Shown piece by piece: positions 39,169 to 48,196 of a stretch of DNA of 64,000 bases. The stretch is from an uncultured Thermotogaceae bacterium. Its GTDB lineage: Bacteria > Thermotogota > Thermotogae > MWEM01. Position numbers and translations under genes: made by a program. The notes under the pieces were generated by a model. It was not told the origin of the DNA and ran no database searches. It worked only from the letters and a program-made list of their open reading frames with translations. The stretch's first letter is position 1. Every line of letters starts with the position of its first letter. Location: NCBI GenBank assembly GCA_964462525.1, contig CAYWWY010000004.1, forward strand, positions 181,297 to 245,296, given 5' to 3'.

Positions 39169-39891
39169 GTGCTGCCCAGAGAAAAACTGGAGATTTATGG
39201 TCCCGGATCGCTAACCAACGAAGAATTGATGGCTGTGCTCCTGCGCACCGGATCGAAAGAACACGATGTCTTTTCCCTTTCGTCCACCCTTTTTCGGGAT
39301 CATGGGCAATCTCTGTTCAAAATCCGAAAACGGACACTGATGGAGTTGATGACGTACAACGGAATGGGAAAGGTAAAAAGTATTACAATTCAAGCGGCCT
39401 TAGAATTAGGAATCCGGATGTATCGCGAATTGGCTGCGCAGAAGGTTCAAGTTCGGGTACCAGGCGATGTCTTTATTCTGTGCACCGATATGGTCTTTCT
39501 GGATCAGGAATTGGTTCGTGTTGTATCGCTCAACACGAAATCCATGGTAATCGGAATCGACGATGTTACCATCGGAACCACCAACGCATCCCTGGTTCAT
39601 CCACGGGAGGTCTTTCGAAAAGCCATAGGCCATAACGCAACGTCCATTATCTTGGCCCATAATCACCCGTCAGGGGATCCAAAACCCAGCCCACAGGATC
39701 AAGAAATTACTCAAAAGATCCGTGAATCTGGTGAAATATTGGGAATCCCATTAACCGATCATATCATTATGGGTGGGTCCCGGTATTTTAGTTTCACCCT
39801 GGGAACAGTCTTTGAAGAAAAGGAGGTTCAATGGGATGAGCGAGCAGGATCGGCAATTGCAGAAGCTGCTTCAGATCAAAAAAGGGATTGA
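39169..39891 (+). CDS. radC: RadC-like JAB-domain protein (UPF0758)
   Basis: An HhH N-terminus (ELMAVLLRTG) and a JAMM motif (HNHPSGDPKPSPQD). Confidence 0.85.
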   Translation: MLPREKLEIYGPGSLTNEELMAVLLRTGSKEHDVFSLSSTLFRDHGQSLFKIRKRTLMELMTYNGMGKVKSITIQAALELGIRMYRELAAQKVQVRVPGDVFILCTDMVFLDQELVRVVSLNTKSMVIGIDDVTIGTTNASLVHPREVFRKAIGHNATSIILAHNHPSGDPKPSPQDQEITQKIRESGEILGIPLTDHIIMGGSRYFSFTLGTVFEEKEVQWDERAGSAIAEAASDQKRD

Positions 39892-41149
39892 GTTGGATTT
39901 GGAAAAACAAGGAAAGCTTAAAAAGAAACCAGGTGATGGCTCCGGTCCACGAACCCGATTGAGCTTGTCTGAAGATATAAAGCGAAGACTGGGCGAAAAG
40001 AAGGGCTTGGCAACCGGTATAGAGACCATTTTTATCCTGAGCGACTTGGACGAGTTTCATGCCGCCAATCCCGATATTGAACTGATTCAGTATCTGCGCG
40101 CGGAAAAAGATCGGATATCCAATCCCTTGCATCGGCAGAATATAGAAGGACTTATTTCCCTTCTGGAAAGACAGACAAAAAAAGCACAGGAAATCTTCCA
40201 AACTGCGCTCAAATTCGATCGCTCTGACTATGTCACCTTCAATTACCTCGAAACCCGCTTATTCGATCAACAATTGACCCAAGAAATGGTGGCTCAGTTT
40301 TTCAAAGACTTTCCCAGCTCCCCCTATCCTTTGTTGCTCATCCAAGAGTTTTTGGTCTTTCATCTTTCTTCAGCCGAATCAGTTCGAAAATGGCTGGACA
40401 TTTTACAAAAAGCCTTTCCTCAGGAGCAATACCAATTGTTTGATAATATGTGGAATTTCCGGATTAAAGACATGTATAGCCAAGCGATGGCTATGTATCG
40501 AACAAATCACTTTAAGGAATTTCACTCCATCTGTATTGGATCGGCAACCATGCTCGATAAAGAATTGGGTAACCCTCAACTTGCTTCGGACATGCTTAAG
40601 AAACGGAAAGACTATCCTTGCGCCCGTCTCTTTGACGCTTTTTATTCTCGACAGTTTCGACAAAACCAACGCGTTCCCATCGCTTATTGCCCTTTCGGAC
40701 TCTACATATACTGCAAACAATTGGCTCTCGAAAAAAACTACAAAAGGATCATGCGTGTGGGGCAAAAACTTCTGGAAATCCGGGAACCCTATGGATTTGT
40801 TTTAAAAGGAGTGGCCCTTTTGAACCAAGGCAACACAGAAGAAGCCAAACATGTATGGTACGAACTGCTAAAGATCTTCGAAACGCTGATATTCCTGATC
40901 TTCCCTCGATCTACAACAGATTATAAAGGATTGGGACTCTCCTCTGCCGACCAACCAACCATGATTACCCGATACGAAGCGGCTCTGGAGTTCGATCGTT
41001 TCTCCGAGTTCATCGACTCGATCATGGAAAAGTTCGGCGATTTTGAGTTTTTCCTTTTTCCCTATGAAGAATACCGGGTTTTCTTTGGACACCGAAAATG
41101 CTCTCGCGCCTATGATCTTGCCGATATCATGAAAGGGGGGGATGTGTAA
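39836..41149 (+). CDS. Hypothetical protein, predicted largely alpha-helical
   Basis: ORF of 438 aa starting at an ATG 10 nt after an AAGGAGG RBS. I see no recognisable motif. It overlaps the radC 3' end in another frame. Confidence 0.5.
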   Translation: MSEQDRQLQKLLQIKKGIELDLEKQGKLKKKPGDGSGPRTRLSLSEDIKRRLGEKKGLATGIETIFILSDLDEFHAANPDIELIQYLRAEKDRISNPLHRQNIEGLISLLERQTKKAQEIFQTALKFDRSDYVTFNYLETRLFDQQLTQEMVAQFFKDFPSSPYPLLLIQEFLVFHLSSAESVRKWLDILQKAFPQEQYQLFDNMWNFRIKDMYSQAMAMYRTNHFKEFHSICIGSATMLDKELGNPQLASDMLKKRKDYPCARLFDAFYSRQFRQNQRVPIAYCPFGLYIYCKQLALEKNYKRIMRVGQKLLEIREPYGFVLKGVALLNQGNTEEAKHVWYELLKIFETLIFLIFPRSTTDYKGLGLSSADQPTMITRYEAALEFDRFSEFIDSIMEKFGDFEFFLFPYEEYRVFFGHRKCSRAYDLADIMKGGDV

Positions 41150-41970
41150 TGCGCCCTGATCGGCCAATGGAGCTTCTCTGGCCTTTGGGTTCGACATCGT
41201 TACGAGCAAAAAACGAATCTCCCATAGTAATCACGGGAAAGGCCTACCTTGATGAAATATGCGGGGAGATGGGTTTTGACTTGGATTTCCCGTTCGAAGG
41301 CGGTGATTTTGTGGCCAATGAACGGGAATTACTTCGCATTACAGGAGATCTGAACCGGGTTCTTTTTTTTCGAGAGAGTCTGCTGCCAGCCTTTTGCGAG
41401 ATGCTCGGTATCGCGACAGCCCTATACAGGATGAAGGAAGTATGCAAACGGATCAATCCTTCCATATTGCTTATTATCCGTAGTCCGGACGCTGTTTTTG
41501 CCAATACCACATTGCTTCAACAAGCCATAGAAGACACGGGAAGCATCTATTGGCCGAGCACCATTTGCGACGGAATCGTCCATATGGAAGTATGGAAAGA
41601 AATGGGTCATATTGATAAAACCATTGATCTGTATCGTCGTTCTTTGATTCCCAATTTAAAATTATTAGTAGAATGCAACAATCTCTCAGATGCCATAACC
41701 GCTATGAAATCCGGAGCGGAAGGAATTGTGCTCAAAGGGGTTCGCGCAGAAATTGCTGCCGATATCGCCCGCGGTCTTCGAGAACGGTTTAAGAAGAGCT
41801 ACATCGAATACTGTGGTTCTCTGGATAGCAACAATATCGAAGGCTTTGCTCATGCGGGCCTGGATGCGCTGGGAATTATCGAGTTATCCAAACTTCGAAG
41901 TCCGGTTTCCTTAGACCTTGCCTTCCTATCCAATCAGGAGGGCTCAGAGCAAGATGAATCATCCTCATGA
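41149..41970 (+). CDS. NadC/ModD-like type II phosphoribosyltransferase-fold protein, possibly catalytically divergent
   Basis: The segments RVLFFRESLL, LLVECNNLSDAITAMKSGAEGIVLKGV and IEYCGSL..NIEGFAHAGLDALGI parallel NadC [38 protein letters not shown] and LEVSGNV..TLREFAETGVDFISVG. The canonical R/K residues are partly replaced. Confidence 0.45.
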   Translation: MRPDRPMELLWPLGSTSLRAKNESPIVITGKAYLDEICGEMGFDLDFPFEGGDFVANERELLRITGDLNRVLFFRESLLPAFCEMLGIATALYRMKEVCKRINPSILLIIRSPDAVFANTTLLQQAIEDTGSIYWPSTICDGIVHMEVWKEMGHIDKTIDLYRRSLIPNLKLLVECNNLSDAITAMKSGAEGIVLKGVRAEIAADIARGLRERFKKSYIEYCGSLDSNNIEGFAHAGLDALGIIELSKLRSPVSLDLAFLSNQEGSEQDESSS

Positions 41971-42652
41971 TTCGGTTTACGAGCGAGTCACAGTTGTTTT
42001 GGACGCATCCTCTTCTCGCTACTTGATCGGATTATGCGCGCATACAACCAAGATCAATCAGAGCATGGCTTTGGACCCTTCTTTGGTCAAAGGGGAAGAT
42101 CTATTGCATATTGTTCAATTGATGTTATCTACCGTAAATGCACACCCGAAGGCGATCAAACTATGGATCACCACTAGAGGACCCGGGTCCTTTACGGGAT
42201 TGCGAGTGGTGATGAGCGCGCTAAAATCGATCGGAGCGGTATGGGCCTGTCCGATTGTCAGTATTCCCACTTTGTATGCGCTCGCATCAATCACAGACCT
42301 CGCCGACGGATCCCCGGTTGTAATGAAGGCGAGAAAAGGCTTGTATTATCTCTATCGGAAAGGAGATCCCGCTATGGATTATCAGACTGTAACGCTTCCT
42401 GAGGTGATGGATCAAACCCGCAACAGCCCAGTGATTGGTTGGGAGGGGAGGATCCCTCAATCCATAGACGACCGAAAAAGCGCAGTTCGGAGCATCCAGC
42501 TGACAGCAGATCATCTGATGGATCTTGGACTGGGTTGCTTCTCAAAGAATACCTTTCTGTCTGACGTCTATACTCTCATCCCGGACTACGCGGGCGCTTC
42601 TGTCGCTGAAATTCGCCATCGAAATTCCAAAAGGGTAGGGGGGCAATCATGA
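41954..42652 (+). CDS. tsaB: tRNA threonylcarbamoyladenosine biosynthesis protein TsaB (YeaZ-like)
   Basis: TTRGPGSFTGLRVVMSALKSIG motif and ~230 aa length. Confidence 0.75.
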   Translation: MNHPHDSVYERVTVVLDASSSRYLIGLCAHTTKINQSMALDPSLVKGEDLLHIVQLMLSTVNAHPKAIKLWITTRGPGSFTGLRVVMSALKSIGAVWACPIVSIPTLYALASITDLADGSPVVMKARKGLYYLYRKGDPAMDYQTVTLPEVMDQTRNSPVIGWEGRIPQSIDDRKSAVRSIQLTADHLMDLGLGCFSKNTFLSDVYTLIPDYAGASVAEIRHRNSKRVGGQS

Positions 42653-42981
42653 AAATCATTACTCCTTTGGGTGAGATTCAAATCAGTTTCAATGTTCTTA
42701 AAAGCCTTATATATCAAGCGCTCATAGAAAGCTACGGATTGGTTCGCATGGATGATGTCAATATCATCACGAAATACCTTGGCGGAGATGATAAAGGGAT
42801 TCGCGTTCGGGAAGAAGAAGATGGTTTAGCAATTGATGTTTTTCCCGTAGTTTCGTATGGGATGAAGATTGATCAAATCGCCATCAACGCCCAAGAAAAT
42901 ATCAGTTATAAACTTCTTGAAATGCTTGGTGTTGAACCGAAAGAGGTAAACGTCCATTTTCTGGGTATCAAGATCGACTAA
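42649..42981 (+). CDS. Asp23/Gls24 family alkaline shock protein (YloU-like)
   Basis: 110 aa with an Asp23 (DUF322) pattern. It lies immediately upstream of a DAK2 protein, as in the yloU-yloV pair. Confidence 0.75.
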   Translation: MKIITPLGEIQISFNVLKSLIYQALIESYGLVRMDDVNIITKYLGGDDKGIRVREEEDGLAIDVFPVVSYGMKIDQIAINAQENISYKLLEMLGVEPKEVNVHFLGIKID

Positions 42982-42996
42982 ACTCGAGGTGTTCAT

Positions 42997-44688
42997 ATGG
43001 AAGAATTGAAAACCATCAACGGTGCCTTTTTAAAGAGCGCCTTCAAGAAGGCCACCGAAAACCTCATTAACCATAAAGATGAAATCAATGCGTTGAATGT
43101 TTTCCCCGTTCCCGATGGCGACACAGGCTCTAATATGACAGCGTGCATGATGGAAGCGTGCAGAGAACTGGATCTGGTTAAATTCGAATCAGTTAAAAAC
43201 GTTGCCGACGCGATCAAAACAGGGACATTGATGGGCGCGCGAGGAAACTCGGGTGTGATTCTATCCCAAATTTTCAGTGGGTTTTGTGAGGTGATCTCCA
43301 AAGAAAAGCAGATTGACCTTCCTTTATTCAGCGAAGCATTGAAACGAGCCAACCACATCGCCAAGAGCGCGGTAATCAAACCGGTGCGAGGGACAATTCT
43401 TACGCTAATCGAAGATATTTCTCAATACATGGAAAAGAACATGGATCAATATCCGCATTTCCTCCCCTTCTTGGAGGCCATGAATCGACGGTCTTTTCTT
43501 GTCGTGAAGCGAACCCAAGAGATGATGCCCAAACTCAAACAGGCTGGTGTAGTCGATGCGGGCGCCAAAGGGTTGGCATACATCTTTGAGGGAATGTATC
43601 GATTTGCCACGGGTGAGACCAAGGTATCGATCAGCGCGGATGTTTCCCTTCCTTCCCAAGGCGCTGTCATCATGGAAGAAGATCTCACCTATCAGTACTG
43701 CACCGAATTTATGCTCAAGCTCTTCCCGGGTGTGGAAAATGGGTATATTCAGAACCTGAAAGCCTCCTTCGAGGATTTGGGGGATTCAATTGTGGTTGTT
43801 CATGATGGAAACCTGCTCCGTGGACATATCCACACCGATCATCCCGGACTCATCGTTGAAATGTCTCTTGAATTGGGAGAACTTGGGATGCTGAAAGTGG
43901 ACAATATGAAAGAACAACACCAAAACGTGATCATGGAGCAGGAAGCGCAAAGGAAAGAACCCCATCAATTGACGAGTCCTTCGGTATCTGATCGATCCGT
44001 TTCAACCGAGCAAGAAACGAAAAGCATCGCTTTCGTGGCTGTTTCTCCCGGCGAAGGAATTGCAGAAATTTTCCGAGAAATGAATGTGGATCAGATTGTG
44101 AATGGGGGACAAACCATGAACCCAAGCACTTCCGATATTTTTACGGCCATTCACAATACCCATGCCCAGCACACCATTATCCTTCCCAACAACCCCAATG
44201 TGGTTTTGGCCGCAGAAAGCGCCGCCAATATGGCTTCGGAAGAAGGAATGGCCACTACCGTTCTTCCAACCAATTCCATCCAGGAAGGAATCGCTTGCTT
44301 GATCGCTTATGTGGAGACTCGTTCTTTGGAAGAGAATATCACTGCGATGCGAGAGGCACGGAAAGAGGTTCTTTCTTTGTTTGTGACCAAAGCAATTCGC
44401 GATTCGGTAATTGAAGGCTACAAGATTGTTCAAGGGGATTTCCTCTTTTTTGAAGGCAAACACCTAATCTTACATAACAGAGACTTATTCGAAACTGTGA
44501 TAAAAGGCCTTGAATCCTGTCAGGCCAATGATTACGAAGTGATGACCCTTTTTTATGGGGATGAAGTGACTGAAGACGAAAGCAAACGAGTGGTAGAGAT
44601 CGCAAAGGAACTTTTCCCTAACTTGGAAGTTTCGCTTTATCATGGCGGCCAACCGCATTATCCGTTCTTTATATCGCTGGAGAAATAA
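42997..44688 (+). CDS. DAK2-domain fusion protein YloV
   Basis: DGDTGSNM phosphate-binding motif in an N-terminal DAK2 domain. 563 aa. Confidence 0.85.
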   Translation: MEELKTINGAFLKSAFKKATENLINHKDEINALNVFPVPDGDTGSNMTACMMEACRELDLVKFESVKNVADAIKTGTLMGARGNSGVILSQIFSGFCEVISKEKQIDLPLFSEALKRANHIAKSAVIKPVRGTILTLIEDISQYMEKNMDQYPHFLPFLEAMNRRSFLVVKRTQEMMPKLKQAGVVDAGAKGLAYIFEGMYRFATGETKVSISADVSLPSQGAVIMEEDLTYQYCTEFMLKLFPGVENGYIQNLKASFEDLGDSIVVVHDGNLLRGHIHTDHPGLIVEMSLELGELGMLKVDNMKEQHQNVIMEQEAQRKEPHQLTSPSVSDRSVSTEQETKSIAFVAVSPGEGIAEIFREMNVDQIVNGGQTMNPSTSDIFTAIHNTHAQHTIILPNNPNVVLAAESAANMASEEGMATTVLPTNSIQEGIACLIAYVETRSLEENITAMREARKEVLSLFVTKAIRDSVIEGYKIVQGDFLFFEGKHLILHNRDLFETVIKGLESCQANDYEVMTLFYGDEVTEDESKRVVEIAKELFPNLEVSLYHGGQPHYPFFISLEK

Positions 44689-44708
44689 TCGATGCAAGGT
44701 CCCCGCAC

Positions 44709-45281
44709 ATGACTCGGAAAGAACGGTTGATCCTTTCCGTTTTGCTTGTTGTAATCATCATTGGGATTGGATTTGCCCTGTATTATGACAAACGCCCGAT
44801 TCCTGTTTCAAAAGGATATGAGTCAACTTCGAATCCCCCGGAATCGATCGTTTCTTTCCCCTTAGATCTGAACACTGCTTCCACGCGGGATTTGGAAGCA
44901 GTCAAAGGGATCGGCCCTGTGAAAGCCCAAGCCATTGTTGCCTACCGAGAGCAACAAGGAGGCTTTCGGCGAGTGGAAGACTTGCTGGACGTGAACGGGA
45001 TCGGTCCGGTCACATACGAGTCGATGAAAGAGTGGGTATTTGTAGGAAATTCTGATTTATTTCCGTCTTCAATACCTGTACCCAATGGCAAGGTCAACCT
45101 CAATCGAGCTTCTGCCGACGAGTTAATCCGTCTTCCCGGAATCGGTCCGGTGAAGGCGCAAAGCATTATCGATTACCGGAACCAACACGGTCTTTTTGGA
45201 TCGATTGATCAGATCTTGGAAGTGAAAGGCATCGGTCCTGCAACATTGGATTCGCTCAGGAATTTGGTTTCTATAGACTAA
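44709..45281 (+). CDS. comEA: ComEA-like DNA-binding protein with tandem helix-hairpin-helix repeats
   Basis: Signal/TM N-terminus, then two copies of a LN.AS...L..V.GIGPVKAQAI..YR...G.F..ED/IDQ.L.V.GIGP module. Confidence 0.8.
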   Translation: MTRKERLILSVLLVVIIIGIGFALYYDKRPIPVSKGYESTSNPPESIVSFPLDLNTASTRDLEAVKGIGPVKAQAIVAYREQQGGFRRVEDLLDVNGIGPVTYESMKEWVFVGNSDLFPSSIPVPNGKVNLNRASADELIRLPGIGPVKAQSIIDYRNQHGLFGSIDQILEVKGIGPATLDSLRNLVSID

Positions 45282-45300
45282 CAACGCAAAAGGAGGAAAC

Positions 45301-45807
45301 ATGATGAGCAAGAATGTCACAAAAGTGGTACTCGTTGTTATGGTAGTCCTTCTCCTCACTTTTTCTGTTTTTGGGGGAACAGCAAGGTCTGCGGCAGCAA
45401 GAACACCCGTAATCGCGTTTATCGATTTTGATCAAGCAGGCGAACAGTACACAGAGGCCAAAACCCTGCTACAGGAGTATCAGGCGGATGTTGAATACTA
45501 CAACAGTTTGCTCCGACCCCTCGAAAATGAGCTTATGCAGATGCAAAGCATGGGAAATGTCGGGAGTGACTTCCAGCTGAAACAGAATGAGTACCTGCTA
45601 CAAAAACAGCGATACCAGACCCAGCTTCAGAACAAATATACGCCTCGATTGGATGCCATCAATGAAAAATTGATCACCTTGGCAAAAGAGTATGCGCAGA
45701 TAAACGGGATTGATGTGCTAATGACCAATAAGGTTGCTATATATGTTGATTTCTCGTACGATGTCACACAGGAGTTCGTAACCTTCGCTAACTCCCGGGC
45801 ACAATAG
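45301..45807 (+). CDS. OmpH/Skp-like periplasmic chaperone
   Basis: Signal peptide, VIAFIDFDQA start, a coiled-coil middle and a VLMTNKVAIYVDFSYDVTQEF end typical of the Skp family. Confidence 0.65.
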   Translation: MMSKNVTKVVLVVMVVLLLTFSVFGGTARSAAARTPVIAFIDFDQAGEQYTEAKTLLQEYQADVEYYNSLLRPLENELMQMQSMGNVGSDFQLKQNEYLLQKQRYQTQLQNKYTPRLDAINEKLITLAKEYAQINGIDVLMTNKVAIYVDFSYDVTQEFVTFANSRAQ

Positions 45808-45828
45808 AGGGATGGATCGGAACAGCTT

Positions 45829-46542
45829 TTGACGCATATTCTCAAGTGCTTGGATTTACGAAAAAAATACGGGCGGCGCGAGGTTGTCAAGGGAGCGAAT
45901 GTAGAGGTCAATTCAGGGGAAATCGTGGGTCTTCTTGGGCCAAACGGAGCGGGAAAAACCACTATTTTCCGCATGATCCTGGGATTGGTGATCCCTTCTT
46001 CGGGTTCCATCCTGTTAGATGATCAAGAGATTACCCACACCCCAATCCATCTGCGGGCGCTGCAAGGGATCACATATCTTCCTCAAGAGCTATCGGTATT
46101 CAATGGCGTCCGAGTCGAAGAGAATATCCAAATTGTCCTGGAAAACCTCAAAGTTCCTCCAAAGCGAATCAAAGAAAAAACTCAAGCCCTTCTTGAAGAG
46201 TTCGGCATTTCCAACCTGGCCCGCCAAGGTACAGACACTTTGTCGGGCGGAGAGAAAAGACGGTTGGAGTTGGCTCGGATGATGACATTAGATCCCAAAT
46301 TCATTCTTTTGGATGAACCGTTTAGTGGGATTGATCCCATGACAGTCAAAGACATTCAGAAGCTGAGCATTTCTCTTCGAAATCGGGGTATGGGGCTCAT
46401 AGTCACCGATCACAATATCGAAGACATCCGAAAGATCGTTGATCGAATCTATGTCATCCATAAAGGAGAAGTCCTCTCCCAAGGTCCTCCTGAGGAAGTA
46501 TTGAACAATCCATTGGTGATCGAACACTTTCTAGGAGTATAG
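45829..46542 (+). CDS. lptB: ABC transporter ATP-binding protein (LptB-like)
   Basis: Walker A GPNGAGKTT, signature LSGGEKRRLELAR and Walker B ILLDEP. A TTG start is inferred. Confidence 0.75.
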   Translation: MTHILKCLDLRKKYGRREVVKGANVEVNSGEIVGLLGPNGAGKTTIFRMILGLVIPSSGSILLDDQEITHTPIHLRALQGITYLPQELSVFNGVRVEENIQIVLENLKVPPKRIKEKTQALLEEFGISNLARQGTDTLSGGEKRRLELARMMTLDPKFILLDEPFSGIDPMTVKDIQKLSISLRNRGMGLIVTDHNIEDIRKIVDRIYVIHKGEVLSQGPPEEVLNNPLVIEHFLGV

Positions 46543-46559
46543 CAGTGAAGGAGGTCCAA

Positions 46560-47111
46560 ATGAATATTGCCGTGATCGGTTATTCAGGAGATGCAAAGGC
46601 GTCTCCTGTTTTTGAGTTGAGAGACCTGTGTTATGCTCTTGGAGCATGGATCGGATCAGAAAGACACCGGCTCTGGAGCGGTGGGAGAGATGGGGTGATG
46701 GAACTGGTCAGTCAAGCTGCTCAAGATCAAGGAGCGACAACAATCGGGGTTTTGCCTTATGATCGTTCTCAACCCGGAATTGACCCAAACCCATGGTTGG
46801 ATCTTCCCATATTCACAGGTCTTGATTATCAAATGCGGAGCTTGATCCTGTTACAAAATGCCGAATGTGTGATTTCTGTCGGCGGACAATGCGGAACAGC
46901 CTTGGAGATTATTGCTGCATATTCATACAGCAAACCGCTCTTTTTGATGAAAGGCACAGGAGGATGGACTGATCGAATGGCTTTGATTTTTGCGCACCAT
47001 ACCCAACCTGTCTTTTTAGATCAACGCGCTTTGGCTCCTGTCTGGATCGCAGACGGGATGGCCGATTTTCAAACCCTGTTTCATAGAGAGTTTCCAAGGA
47101 GTCGATCATGA
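46560..47111 (+). CDS. TIGR00725-family / LOG-like Rossmann-fold protein
   Basis: MNIAVIGYSGD ... SGGRDGVMELV ... TIGVLP pattern. A GAAGGAGG RBS lies 5 nt upstream. ATGA overlap with the next gene. Confidence 0.65.
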   Translation: MNIAVIGYSGDAKASPVFELRDLCYALGAWIGSERHRLWSGGRDGVMELVSQAAQDQGATTIGVLPYDRSQPGIDPNPWLDLPIFTGLDYQMRSLILLQNAECVISVGGQCGTALEIIAAYSYSKPLFLMKGTGGWTDRMALIFAHHTQPVFLDQRALAPVWIADGMADFQTLFHREFPRSRS

Positions 47112-48196
47112 AAATCTGTGTGATTGGAGCCGGAAACGGTGGTCAGGCGCTTGCTGCGTACCTTGCCCTAAAAGGGGAATCCGTTACACTATTCAACCGA
47201 AGTCGGAAACGAATCAGCCCGATTATGCGATCCCGGACCATTCGTTTGGAAGGGTCCATCTTTGATAGCGCTCAGCTCGATGGAATTACAACCAATCTCG
47301 AAGAAGCGGTGCACGGAGCCTCTCTCATCATGGTGGTGGTCCCGGCCTTTGCCCATCGAGATGTGGCGGAAAAATTGGCCCCGGTTTTGGAAGACGGGCA
47401 AGTAGTCCTACTGAATCCCGGACGCACATTCGGAGCACTGGAATTTCGAATGATTCTTGAGCAGATGAAGGTGACTAAAGAAATCATCCTTGCTGAAGCC
47501 CAAACCTTTGTGTTTGCGTCCAGGGCTTCGAACCCTGGAGTAGTGAATATTTTTCGAATCAAGAATGCTGTCCCAGTTGCGGCATTGCCCGCCAATCAGA
47601 ACAAAGCCGTTGCTGATCTTCTTGAACCCATTATGCCTGAGTTTATTGTCGAAAAAAATACCCTTCATACGAGCCTGAACAATATCGGGGCTGTATTTCA
47701 CCCTGCAGCGCTCATTTTGAACGCCGGTTGGGTGGAATCAACCGCGGGGAAGTTCGAATTTTATCTCGATGGGATTACCCGTTCGGTAGCAAAGGTGTTA
47801 GAAGAGATTGACTCGGAACGGTGCCAATTGGCAAAGGCGTTGGGGTTAGAACCGCAGACAGCCAAATCATGGCTCGACTATGCTTATGATGTGTACGGTT
47901 CTAATTTATACGAAGCCATTCATAGCAATACAGGCTATCAAGGAATCATGGCCCCCCCAAGTCTTCAAAACCGGTATATCTTGGAAGACGTTCCCATGAG
48001 CTTGGTTCCGATTGCCTCGATGGCAAAAGCTTTTGGAATCTCTACTCCCACGATTGATTCTATTGTCCAACTGTCCTCGGTTTTGATGCAAACGGATTTT
48101 GCCCGCGAGGGCAGGACAATCGAAAAACTCGGCTTAACGGGAAGGACGGCGGAAGAAATTCAAACGATTATTGAAGAAGGGATCACCGACTCGTGA
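47108..48196 (+). CDS. Opine (octopine/nopaline) dehydrogenase-family NAD(P) oxidoreductase
   Basis: N-terminal MKICVIGAGNGGQALAAYLA dinucleotide-binding motif. 362 aa. Confidence 0.65.
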   Translation: MKICVIGAGNGGQALAAYLALKGESVTLFNRSRKRISPIMRSRTIRLEGSIFDSAQLDGITTNLEEAVHGASLIMVVVPAFAHRDVAEKLAPVLEDGQVVLLNPGRTFGALEFRMILEQMKVTKEIILAEAQTFVFASRASNPGVVNIFRIKNAVPVAALPANQNKAVADLLEPIMPEFIVEKNTLHTSLNNIGAVFHPAALILNAGWVESTAGKFEFYLDGITRSVAKVLEEIDSERCQLAKALGLEPQTAKSWLDYAYDVYGSNLYEAIHSNTGYQGIMAPPSLQNRYILEDVPMSLVPIASMAKAFGISTPTIDSIVQLSSVLMQTDFAREGRTIEKLGLTGRTAEEIQTIIEEGITDS

